A DNA stretch of 64,000 nucleotides from Basidiobolus meristosporus CBS 931.73. Lineage: Eukaryota > Fungi > Basidiobolomycota. The notes beneath the pieces are model-generated. The model ran no database searches. It had not been told where the DNA came from and saw nothing but the letters and a program-made list of their open reading frames with translations. This document shows, in pieces, positions 52,016 through 64,000 of this stretch (the stretch's first letter is position 1; each line of letters starts with the position of its first letter). The position numbers were made by a program, and so were the translations under genes. The stretch is taken from the NCBI GenBank assembly GCA_002104905.1, contig MCFE01000041.1:62001-126000 (forward strand), in the 5' to 3' direction.

Positions 52016-52481
52016 AAAAATCTCCATATGGTGTCAAGTAATCACCAAGAGCCTGGAATTGTAAGATAGACTTGTGTTTGGTATTGTTGAGCTTCCAAAA
52101 GAGTACTACTAGATATAGTATTGACTATAAGCCAGATAGAGCAAATCCAGATTCATTGGCACCATATGTAGATGATCATTGTTTAGCCACTGTTGACTAA
52201 GAAGCTCTAGAAGAGACTAAATTCAGCTTATCTAAGCCTTACCAGAAATAGTTGCAATGATCCCATCAAAAGGCTGTCACAAATTGAAATCCTGTGACTA
52301 AAAGGCATTGATCCTATCATGGCCCTGAGCAAAAACCATTGAAAAAAATTGCACCCCAGATTTCACTAATGCTGAGTCAAATCTTTCATCATAACAATAC
52401 CCCTATGAGAAATAATTTGGTCCCATGGGTGGATCCTATCTGGATCAGCCATCAAGATCCTGTTTAGAGACTGTCATAATA
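51958..52481. repeat. Partner copy of the inverted chimeric patch at 40131-40655
   Basis: Includes a Copia RT fragment 52016-52236 and a CACTA right-end fragment 52237-52400. Confidence 0.85.
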
Positions 52482-55400
52482 ACAGCAGCTTGGAATTAGT
52501 GACCCTCCTAACAATCTTATAATGGGATCATAACAGTGTTTTGCTAATTTTACAACCAAATAATGGGATAAAACTTGACAATACTTTATTGGTGCTATGA
52601 CAATATTTGCATAGTACTGTTGTGGTCTTTCAGTGCTCTATAACTATTTTGAGTGGATCCAGGTGGCCAGGACATCCAATTACCTTATATGGCAAGAAAC
52701 CTGACAGTACTTTGATGGCCTCACATCAAAACTCTGATGGCATTATATTGACAGTATGATGGCCTACTGGTAGTTCTGTATATTGCTACCATACCAATTT
52801 ATCAAATGGTATTTCCTTTTTCTACCTCCCCTTGTGCAATTCATATATTCCACAATAGAACCACCCCACTTTATTTGCTTACCCACTATCACCTTGGGTA
52901 TTCCACATACAGTTCAAATCAAAAAAAAACTATGGACTCTTGCTACTAACCACTACAAACATACACACCTGCCGCAATTGACATACTTCTATCACCTCAA
53001 CTTTACGGCTTTTTAGTGTGATACTTGCAAAGCTGCCATATACCTTGTACTGCTGGTAACATATACATCTTGCAAACATATGCTTGGTTGTAGCCACTTC
53101 TGCCATGAACACCTCCTGAATATCCGCAAAGAACTTCTTGGTATTTAGCCAATATATTCCTTCTCCCTGCTGGATTCTAGTCCCCCTTATAGGTGCGCTC
53201 TGGCTTTTGTTTGTGTGAACTCCATATTGAATGGTGAAAAATTTGGCTTGTGACCATGAGAAATCTGGCATATCTTGGTAGGGTTTTCCTGATAAAATTA
53301 GTTGCTTGTTGCACCCAACCCAACTTGCATTACTTAACTGATTACCCACACATTGGGGCTGCTTAGCTTCTTAATGCCATAGGCATAGGTGTCTTCATGT
53401 GCACATTTGTCCTCAGTATTTTCCAACTTTTTCTGGCTGTCCTCCATGTGCCAACTCATCACATTCATGATGGACTTGAAGGTGATATTCTTGATGAGAT
53501 TGGGATATGGTAGTACCTGCAACTTGACTGTCTCCTATCTCCCCACACATCCACTCCATAAGAAACTCCCAGAAGGTGAAGCAAGGCCTGATATTCTCCA
53601 CACACCGTGCAAGATGGAGTAGAGAATAGATACGGTAGCGGCAGAGATTGATGCGCTCAGCTTTATGTTTGTAGTATAGCTGCTCAAATCCCATCACAAA
53701 CTCCTCACACAACTGCTGTAGATGCGTCAAGTTAGCATTGGTGATCAGCTTCTGGATAAATATTCCTACAATGTCCACATATGACTCCCAATGCTTCCAA
53801 TGTACTCTTGGTAGGAATGGCTTCAGAACACCACTTGAATAAATACATATCCAGTTCATCCAGTCTTTGCATTTGTATTGTTGCATATGCATATGAATAC
53901 TAATTGGAGCCTGTGAGAAGTACTTGGGGTAGCAGATACTCTGTAATATCTTGCCAATTCTTTCAAATTTCTCCGGTATCTCAAAGGGCTCATTTAGCTT
54001 GAAATGCCCCATGTACAACTTGGACATTAGTATAGGGAAATTTTTGAAAAGTAAATGCATTGCTCCCAGTGGAAAGCCTTTTCTCCAACAGATACCCTCT
54101 ATCTTAAGTATCTCTGGTGTCCAATTGATTCCATATTCTGGCCAATGGCTTATTGCTTGCCAACTTTGCTGCAATTGCATGCTTACTTCTGTATGTTTTC
54201 TCTGTGGGAAGATGATACTCAGTATCAATCAAGCACAAACACATCCAACATATTTGATGGCAAACATTACAAAAAGCTAACAAGCAAGGGCTACTCTGAA
54301 GGTATGTATAACCATGCCTTTGCCTTAGCACTTTATAGATTCTGATTAAGCAAGTACACTACTAGCAAATTCTGCTGGACACTGATTCTCATCAACCTGA
54401 ATCTCCCACCTATTTTATGGTATCAGAGCAATAATCTGATGGTAGTCTCACTGGTATCTGGGCCTAAATCATTATCCAACCTGGATAGCTACCTGCATCT
54501 ATTGCTGGATGAATTTTGTATGCTTTACAGCAGGATAACAGTAAATGGCTATCATGTAAAAGCACTTATTATGATCTGCATTGCAGATACCCCAGGCATC
54601 AACAAGATAGCAGGTTTTTCTGGGCACAATGGACAGTATTGCTGTTGAATGTGTGAGATCCAGGGGATTTACTCCATAACTAGAACACATTATTATTACC
54701 CAGAAACCAGCACAAAGAACATCATCTTTCCACAGAGAGAACATACAGAAGTAAGCATGCAATTGCTGCAAAGTTGGCAAGCTGTAAGCCATTGGCCGGA
54801 ATATGGAATCATTGGAAACCGGAGATACTTAAGATAGAGGGTATCTGTTGGAGCAAAAGCTTTCCACTGTGAGCAATGCATTTACTCTTCAGCAATATCC
54901 AAATACTAATGGCCAAGTTTTACATGGGGTGTTTCAAGCTAAATGAACCCTTTGAGATGCTGCAGAAATATCACAGAGTTGGCAAGACATTACTGAGTAT
55001 CTGCTACCCAAAGTACCTCTCATAAGCTCCAATTAACATTTATATACATATGCAATAATAAATATGCAAGGACTGATTGAACTGGTTATGTATTTATTCA
55101 AATGGCCTTCTGAAGCAATCTCTACCCAGTGTACATTGGAAGTGCGGTGAGTCATATGTTAACTTTGTAACAATATTTATCCGGAAGTGGATCACCAATG
55201 CTAATTTAGCACATCTACAGCCTTTATGCAAGGAGTTTGTAATAGGATTTGAGCAGCTATACTACAAGCATAAAGCTGAATGTGTAGATCTCTGCCATTA
55301 CTATATCCATTCTCTACTCCATCTTGCATTATATATGGAGAATATTGGACCTTGCTTCATCTCATGAGAGTTTCCTATGGAGCAGATGGGTGGGAAGATA

Positions 55401-56537
55401 GGAAAACAAGTCAGGTAACAAGTACTAACATATCCTAATTGCATCAAGACTATTACCTTCAAGTCTGTCATGAATGTGGTGAGTTGGCATATGGGGGACA
55501 GTCAGGAAGAGTTGCAAAATACCAAGCACAGATGTGCACATGGAGAAACCTATGCCTTTGGCATTAAGCAGCTAAGCAGCCCCAATTTGTGGGTAATCAG
55601 TAGAGTAATACAAGGTTAGGCTAGATGCATCAAGCAACTTATTTTTATTAGGACAATTTTACCAAAGTATATCAGGTTTCTCCTGGGTACAAGCCAATTT
55701 CTACACCATTCAATATGAAATTTACACAAAAAAGAACCAGAGCTTCCCTATAAAGGGGCCTAGAATCCAGCAGGGAGAAGGAATATATTAGTCAAGTATC
55801 AAAATGTTCTTTGCAGATATTCAAGAGGTATTCATGGCAAAAGTGGCAGTACCCAAGCATATGCTTGAATGATCTTTATGTCACCAGCAATACAAGGTAA
55901 ATTGCAACTTTGCAAGTATCACACTGAAAAGATGTAAAGTTGAGGTAACAGAAGTGTATTTGGTGCAGTGGGTGTGCATGTATGTAGAGGTTGGTATGCA
56001 GCAGGCTATAGTTTTTTAGATTTAAATTATATGCAAAATACCCATGGTAGTTGTTGGTAAGCAAATAAAGAGGGGTGATTCCACAGTGGAGTATACAAAT
56101 GGTGCAAGGGGAGATAGAAAAATAAAATACCATTTGGTAAATTGGTATGGTGGCAATATACAGAACTAGCTGTGGACCACTTTACTGCCATAATCATGCC
56201 AGCAAAGGTCTGCATCAAGGCTGTCAAAACACTGTCAAGTTTTTCTCCATATAAGGCAATTGCATGTATTGGTCAGTTAGGTTGACTTAAATCAATGTAG
56301 ACCACATTAAGACCAACAGAATGGTGTGCAGGTCCTGCCAAGATACCATTGAAATACTAACAAGTTTATTACAGAATTTGGCAGTAAAAACAGCAAAACA
56401 CCATCATAATCCCATTATAAGACTATAAAGAGGGTCAATAATTCCAAACTGCTGGTATAATGACAGCCTCATTGCAGGATCCTGACAGCTGATCTGGATT
56501 GGATCCACCCACTGGTATCAAATTATTTTTCATAGGG
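52401..56537. mobile_element. Two CACTA-like transposase 3' halves fused in inverted orientation (C5 52401-54215 minus, C6 54216-56537 plus)
   Basis: The same terminus type occurs at both ends (ccctatgagaaataattt at 52401; aattatttttcataggg at 56537). The strand switches at ~54215. ORF 53413-54228 is transposase-like. Confidence 0.75.
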
Positions 56538-57265
56538 GTGTTATACTAGGGGTGGACCTTTCTGGTGCATTTGGAATATATGGTAGCCTGTAATGATTTC
56601 TCAACTGCAAAGAAATAGCCAATATAGCACAAAGCCAATTGCAAAGTCACTAAACTTCAATATTGTTTGGATATAGCCAATGCAAGTGTACATATGACTG
56701 TGACAATCCAATCCTTTGAAACAAAGTGCATCAGGAATACCTAATGGGAAATATTAATAGCTCTTGAGAGGCAGCACTAGTAAAAAGGAAAATAGAGGAT
56801 GAGATGATGCTGATCATGTCAGGAATAACTAGCTGTAAGGTGGTGTTTATATGGGTAGCTTGTTTGCATGAGGGCAATCTGCCCTACCACAGTGGTAATG
56901 GTAGTATATGCTGTTTCTCAAAATGCATCAAGTTGAACTTTGTAACACAACAAAACACACAATTAGTCCTTCACTCAACATATTCTTCCAAATACTTCAT
57001 AACCTGCTGTTACGGATATCATTACCACACAATACTCATAGCACAAACCTTTAATACATACTCTTTATAAATAGTTTTCTACGAGAAGCACGCCAACCAT
57101 AGAATAAGACAATTAGGGAATCGACTAGGTGAACAGAACACTCAACTCATTAAACAATAAGTGACCATCCGAAAGTACATGAATCAGTGCTAATATACAC
57201 ATTAGTTACAAGCGACTTTTCTGATTAGGGGATAAGCCATGTGCGAATCAGAGGATGATGGCCCT

Positions 57266-60200
57266 TTAGATCATCCCGAATCCCTTGGAGTTCTCAATGG
57301 CGGTGAGTAACGACTCCTCCAGCTTCTGCTTGCTACTATACTCGCATAGCAGGAGAACGTTGAAACAAGTGTGGGATGTAGGCAGCCTAGATATTAGACA
57401 AACGAGAATTGAGCTTCGACTCGGTCACACATAGGCACATACGCGTACCTGTCAGAGTCGCCGCCGTTCTTGGCGATGACGAATTGTAGCTTGCTTAGGC
57501 CTCCGATAGGAACTCGGTCACTTCCAGTGGCGAAGAAAAGTAATTTCTTCTTTTGGCCTTCGGTAAAATTATGGACGATCTCCCAGAAGTTCCTAGGATT
57601 AAATGAGGATGAGACGGGAACCAGGGCTGGTGAATAACCTCTCCACCCACTTGATAATCGACGAGTCCTTGGTGAATCCTCCGTCGTATTGAGTGACCCG
57701 TTCTAAGGCCTCAAAATCAAGTTCGGAGCTACCACAGATCAGCTGCTCGACCTCCTCGGGTCTAAATAACTTCGATGATGACAGATTAATCCCGTAGAAA
57801 TCAAAGGACGACTGATGCTTGTATAACTACCTGGATCGCACTCCCTGCACATACGTTATCGAAGCCTTCCTTGAACGCATTAAATTGTCTCTCCACAGAT
57901 TTGTTGAAGATGAAATCTACATAAAGATCCACGAATTCTGTTGCAAGCAACATATTAGCACCGAGGCATCTTCTCAGAGGCAGTTGTGAGTTCCACACCT
58001 TTTCTGTTTTCCGAGGTTAGCTTGACGTCCGCCCCACCAGGCTTCAAATCGTAGGTGAAGCGTCCATCCAGGTATTCATTCTCAATCTGGAAAGTTCGCT
58101 CAAAAGCCGACTCAACATCCCCTTCAAAATCTAGCAGCTGTTTCAAACCGTGGGCAAGAGTCTGGCGCGGTGAAGCATCGGGTAAGTAAAGGCCTGGTTA
58201 ACTTGATATATAGTGATCGACTAACCGGGTCTAGGTTTTTGAGGTCCTCCAGGCCTACCTCCTGGCCCATCAATTTTTTGTAGAGGTTGAACGAAAAGCG
58301 GACATCCAATATGACTGAGTTGTATATAGCCAATCCAATCAACCGCCCAATCAAACGGTACTCTTCTAATTGTGCTTCGTCTACCAGTGGATTAGATATA
58401 AACCAGCATGTCCGCGTTTCTTCGTTGAATGTGAACATTCCTAGAAGCAATTTATGAGCAATGCACCAAACGAGAACTGTCATATGGAGGCAGTGATTAC
58501 CGTATTTTGGGTCGAACATCTCACTTACTACGAGCTGGAAAAATTCCTTTTGCACCCCGCCCTCGTCCACTCCCTCCTCCCCGACAAATTGGACACGAAG
58601 TTGCTTCTTCAAGTCTTTGGTGGTTTTCGACTCGAGCTAAACCGGGGTAAGTACAGGCTGCCAACCAGCTGAGAGAACAGTTTGCTACCTGAAATAGTGC
58701 GTCCCGGATAATGTGGCTTCTTCTGATCTCTAGCACCAAGTATGGGCTGTTAACCCCAATAAACAAAGCTCTGAAAAAGGCATCCTGTATGCCAGGTATC
58801 AGCACATCACCATATGAAATAACCCCACATCAACGAACCTGTAGTTCATGTCTCATTTGCACCATACTCTCCACCTTGAGGATATCGCTCTTAGTGGCAG
58901 GGTTCAGGATGAACGCATAATTGCAGAATGAAAATCTATTCATTACGGCTGGTGTTAGACACAAATAGAGCAGCCCAATGTAAATGAAGATATTTACCCG
59001 TCCTTGGTCTTGTATCGAGGGAAATCCTCCTTTATCTCAATTTGCTCATTAACCGCGTCGTTATAGAACTCGGTGAATGAAACGAACTGCTTCTCCTCGT
59101 TCAGTACACCTGGATGGTCATCGGGTTAAGGACTATTGGAGACCGACCACAATCAACAAATCAGCAATTCAAAGGATACATAGTATTTCCAAGCATTTAG
59201 TGGCTTTCATGACGGCCTCATTTTTGTTTGGGGTGATACTTTCGTCGGCACGAAGAAGCAGACGCATCGTGATGAACTGCTGGAAAACGCTAACATAGTG
59301 CTGGAAGAACTCGCAAGTAACCGGATGTGGGACTTCCTGATCAGGATCCAGTATCAGGACGTTGGAGTCATCAGTTGTTGGCTTTGCGGAGATATAACTA
59401 CACAGTCGCTTTTGGAACGCCAAAGGCTGTGCCAAAAGAGCGTCACAAAGCTTGGGCATTATGTCGTGGTGCTCGACCGGGTCCATAAGCAATGGATTCT
59501 GTTTGAGGTGTGAGACATAAATCTCATCAAGAGATTACTGTACAGCCGCAAACTTACCAATAAAACCATTAGAAAGATTATCAGGCTGTGTTCCGTGAGG
59601 GTCTCCACCTTGGCAATGATCTTCTCAAATAGCAACATCGTTCCAGAGAGCAGTGCGTTCCGAGCTCTTTTGGGGCACTGCTGGATTATCGTTTCATAGG
59701 CTTGCTTAACCGCTACCAAGTCAACATGGCAGGCCTCTTTTAGCTGGGGATTTTTTTGCTCAAAGCTGCCACAAAGATTTTCCAGACTTCCGAAGACACA
59801 ATACAGAGTCTGATAAAGTGGCTTATAATTCTTGGTGGAGTGACACTCTGAGATCAGGGATGATAAGGTTTCAGTGTCTAGCTTCATATTCGCTTCTGTA
59901 ATATTGAATTCATCAAATGTATCCCTAACTCTTTTTCTCGAGTCACTGAAGCTATTCCTTTGGTCCTTACTTTTCATGTCCTGACTCGGTGAATCATTCC
60001 CAAGATCGGATATATCAGGGCAGATATATGTATCTCCTTCCTCTGCCAAAGATAAGGATAGAGCTGCTGCTTCATTCGGGTCTCTTTGGACGAACGCTAC
60101 GATGTAACTCAACTTTAACCATCATCCGACAGATTGAACAAAGGGAATTGGCCATATACCTGGATTCGAAGCACAATAGCGGTTTTTGCATCTCTCTTGT

Positions 60201-61304
60201 GAACACCCGTACATGATTTGCCAGAAGTATCTAAGTAGGATTGCTTAATGACGCTCTAGTACTAAACCATGTCACTATGTTGTCGTACCTTTTAACAAGT
60301 GTTTCGAAATCCATCTTGTCACCGCTGCTTCCTGATCTCCGACTAGTACCCGGCGACGTAGCGGCTGTGGGAGCGCCCCGAGATCTATCAGGTTGATGCC
60401 TGCCAACCTCAGGTTCCCCATTTCCGGCATAGCCAGAACTGCGACTACGGTTTATACTTGTTGGGCTGAGTGTGCTTACCGGACTCGCTGCTTGACGTAG
60501 CTGATTAGCAGGCATTATTATTTGTCTGGAATCCATAATTGAGCTTTGCTCTGAAGACCCATTGCTGCTAGCTCCGCCCCATTGGGAGCCACTGCCCACG
60601 TTATTCCAAGTCGATCGACTGGTGGATTGGCTGAATGACTCTGTATTCACCGAATTCGGATAGAAGCGATGGTATGATTGTTGCTGATACTCGCCATTAC
60701 TACTTTCAAGGTGCTGAGCTCTGTTCGCTGAATCCAGTCGAATAGTGGATGGAGGGTACTGCTGAGCAGGCTGCGCGCTAGCTCCGGGATAATATCTAGC
60801 CTCTGGGTGTGGTTGCGAAGACATCAAATTGCGGATATTGGGAGCGCTAAACAGGAAAGAACACAAAAGAAGTTATTAGACGACAGCAAAACACAATCCA
60901 AGAGGGTGCGACAATTACTTTGGAAAGGTGGTATCAACCTCCATTGGCCGAAGATGTCCGGGATGTTCACTAGAAACAATTGGTGCTGAAGACCGTGGAA
61001 AATCAGCATATAACGAGCCATCAGCCAAATTTATATTCATACCGGTGTGATGTGGTCGATATGAATAAGAATTTTGGGCCAAATTTGCTTCGAAATTCGC
61101 ATCCAATTGTGGCAGCCTAGGTAAGGAATAACCGCTACTTGTGGAAGCAGATGGCATATGCTGACTATTGCTCAAGGGCTGTATAGAATTGTATCTGGAA
61201 TTATTTGCTCTCCTCATGTTTGGAGTCAAAGATACTCTAGAATCTTCTGCATCCTCCTTCGGTAGGTTATATTGCAGATCCTCTGCTCTGCGTGGTCGAG
61301 ACAT
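57266..61304 (-). CDS. UBE3A/E6AP-like HECT E3 ubiquitin ligase with AZUL zinc finger, multi-exon
   Basis: Probable ATG at 61304 ([10 protein letters not shown]). Spliced AZUL-like KR|[23 protein letters not shown]|[19 protein letters not shown] motifs ([38 protein letters not shown]), and C-terminal [11 protein letters not shown] (TAA at 57266-57268) resembling the E6AP end. The start codon is the least certain part. Confidence 0.88.
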
Positions 61305-61707
61305 CAGCTTCTGAGAGTAAGGACTGAAATACACAAGAGCTTTGCCACTAAAAGGATAGTTAACAAGCGAGAATAGAAAATTAAAGTAGGACAATGGGAC
61401 AAATTGAGCAGAGTCTTAACGTTGTGACAGTTCTTTGAGTAGTATCATATGGACAAATTGAGCTCAACATCTGATATTTGATGAATCTCACGTGAATCAT
61501 CTTGCGGATTCGTAGACTATGCGGGATCATTAGTGGGATTCGTCCAGACATCCTAATCTGCTGCAAGCTACATTAAATGACTTATCTGGGGGATATCACG
61601 AACGCGTATCATGACTTTATTATGGACTAATTAAATGATTGTGTTGGGCGAAAACAGAGTTTTCCCTAACGAAAGCAAATCGGCACGAAAATACTGATAA
61701 ATAATCT

Positions 61708-63581
61708 CTATTGGCATTTTTTCTCTATGATCGAGCCACCACTCTCTTCATATTCCTTTTTGGAGACCCAGAGCTGGTGGAATGTACCTAGGGACGCAAG
61801 AATGGAGCCGCCAATCCAATTGCTGTACTTTCTTTCAACGGAGTTACCAGCAGCATGGATCTTGATTTTGCTCTGAACAATTTTTGCAATTTGAATTAGA
61901 TAAGTGGCGCAAATGGTGCAAATGGCAGCTCGCACTTACAGCGGGGGCAAGGTTGTACAGTTCAAAGTTGACGCGATCACTAAAACCAGGATACAAGGTG
62001 TTGCCTCCGCTTAAAACAATGTTGTTGAATAGATGAGGTCTGACATCGACGTCGCAGTTCGAGATACTATTGTATATCAACTGCGACACTCCTTGGCATT
62101 CATTGATGTCGAAGAGCGATTGCTGCGGCGAGAAGGGGGAACGTGAGATAAGGCACTTGCATACAGCCGCGCTCAGTCACAAACCTTTACAATGAATCTG
62201 GGCGGTTGGAACATGATTTCTGGCAGAGCAAATCTCTCGGTGCCAAATTGATTGTTGTAACCATCAGGAAACTCGAATGACTTGAGAGGGCGGGTACCCA
62301 CAGTGCTAGATAATACAGAATGCCATCAGTACTGTGACTGCAAGTGAGGGACAAGTATCTTGTCCAACTTCTCATCGTATATGTTCTCAAACACTTGGCA
62401 CACTGATTCCTTATATTCATTAATGGCTCTCTATCGTGTTCGTTAGATTGGATGCTTCAAACCAAGGAAACATTCGACAAAAGCCTACCATCTGCATCTG
62501 ATAATGGTAATTGGGGTTGGTGTTTGGCCTGTTCTTCAACTCGACTTGTGCTGGCTCACCCGCCTCCACTGGGGATTTCTTGTTGATGAGGTAGTGAGGA
62601 TTGATCTCGACTCCCTTGTTCGCCTTGAAGTCATGGAGGATTTGATCAGATATGAATTCACCACCGATATTTTGCTTTAGAATGCCTGTTTGTTTCCATT
62701 CATTAGCTTCTCCAATCCGGCCACTATGTGATGGGTCTTTCTAACCTTTCTTTAGAACATAACCGTCATAAACTGGAACTGCGCTTGTCATTCCGCCTCC
62801 GGAGTCGAGAACCAAGGCAGTTGGCTTGCCGGAAGCAAATCTATTTCTTGAAGTTTAACCACAGGGAATTACCAGTTGTTGAAACCTCGCACTTACGCAG
62901 ACAACACAGCGTTTTTACAGATAAAGAAGGCCGGGAAGTTGTATTTCTCGAAAGCGAGCTCCGCTATTTTCTCGCGAATCTCTCTTGTATTCCAAGAGGC
63001 CTCGGTAACCAAAAGGGGATGCTCCTCGGGATTGACACGCAACCGGTCCAAGAAAGCATGATTCCAAATCTCCTCAAGTACCTCCCAATCCTCAACTGGA
63101 AATCAAAACGGGTTAAATGTGTGCCCTGAATCACTGCATCAAGAATATCAACTGACCAAGGCCATCTTTCAGAGGGTTTTTGACATCCATATTTTCTCTC
63201 CAGCAAGAGAAATCGCTATCACCAACGTGGTACTTGAGTGTTTTCTTGGAAGAGGATTGTTGATCTAGAGATTCACCAGTACCAGCATCAGTCATGCTCT
63301 CATCTCGATTCTCCTCAATATTCCCGTTTTGTTGAGTTTCTGTTACGCCAACAAAAGAGGGGAATACAGTTTTAGGCGCGTCTTCACCCGCGTAGCCTGC
63401 CTTTGTCCAGCACGTTCCTACGTCGATGACCAAGGCCGAAACTTCGTCTACATGGAGAAAGGATTATGTTAATAAAATCTATTCTGCTCGCGCGTATAAG
63501 GTGCTCAGTGACGAATTCGTGAGATCTGTAAGCTCTTATCCAAAAGGATCGACATCCAATACCTCCTCCATATGTTGCCAT
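61708..63581 (-). CDS. ARP4: Actin-related protein Arp4 (ACTL6/BAF53 family), multi-exon
   Basis: Spliced start MATYGG|[26 protein letters not shown], then [23 protein letters not shown] and [31 protein letters not shown]...KKCQ*. Confidence 0.93.
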
Positions 63582-64000
63582 TTCCAAGCAGTTTCTTGAC
63601 TTGACAAGAATTATGTTACAGAACAAAAACACCAGTTACAATAATAAATAAGATTTTGTATCGCTGTTGTGATTGCTGGGAGTCACCAATCATTTCAAAT
63701 GTTTAACGAAATCAAGTTAAGGCTTGGCTTAATAGTCGCGAACTTAATCAACTTTGAGATCTGCTGCTAAATAAATATAAACTCGAGTGTTATATCAGCT
63801 GTCCCAACAAATATAATGTATTAATGGACATGTGGACTTCAACCAACTCCTACATGAACTTGTTACCAACTTTGTGATGATTGTATCAGTGCAATGAAGT
63901 TTATCAGCCATGCAAGCGCTGCAAGAGCAAGGAAGTTTCTTGATTATGAGTAATCTCACGTGCAAGAAACCTACGGTCAATCAATCAACTTGACTTCCTG

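Larger units (their letters stand above)
2335..57010. other. Gene-free, AT-rich, CpG-depleted nested transposon island (heterochromatin-like block)
   Basis: CG dinucleotides are abundant up to ~2330 and from ~57010 on, and scarce in between except for 45510-47800. Almost all of the interval is assignable to TE pieces, and no host gene was recognised. Confidence 0.9.

Noticed and set aside
2335-57010. Neurospora-type RIP (CpA->TpA) as the mutational cause
   Set aside because: CA/TG are plentiful and CG is what is lost. TGG becomes both TGA and TAG, which fits 5mCpG decay plus a general transition bias. A formal dinucleotide count was not run.
56538-57260. tRNA gene or other boundary element at the block edges (also 1900-2630)
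   Set aside because: No A/B-box or cloverleaf pattern and no shared motif between the two edges was seen. 2340-2630 and 56538-57010 remain unassigned CpG-poor sequence.
1-64000. CRISPR arrays, rRNA, telomeric or satellite repeats
   Set aside because: No regularly spaced short repeats or rRNA-like sequence were found; all repeats trace to TE copies.

Overview
Fungal genomic window with short GT-AG introns; an early-diverging lineage is plausible but this is inference. Ordinary, CpG-rich housekeeping genes flank it: VPS1 dynamin on the left, and a UBE3A/E6AP-like HECT ligase plus ARP4 on the right. Between them is a sharply bounded, gene-free, AT-rich and strongly CpG-depleted block of about 54.7 kb (~2335-57010) made almost entirely of nested transposons. 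Target-site duplications (TSDs) resolve most of the nesting. One Ty5-like Copia family is nested four deep in itself. A Gypsy element and its solo LTR sit in two copies of a 5.8-kb CACTA/EnSpm-like element, and a PIF/Harbinger-like (IS5/ISL2-type) family and its foldback MITE sit in the 3' ends of those CACTA-like copies. The most unusual item is a ~1.4-kb intronless, compact and highly divergent RNA polymerase second-largest-subunit (Rpb2/beta-like) fragment inside one Harbinger-like copy. It does not look like host Pol I/II/III and suggests capture from a DNA virus or cytoplasmic linear plasmid. The sister Harbinger-like copy has an intact, CpG-free transposase next to a CpG-rich second ORF with an F-box-like N-terminus. 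All alignments and counts were done by eye.
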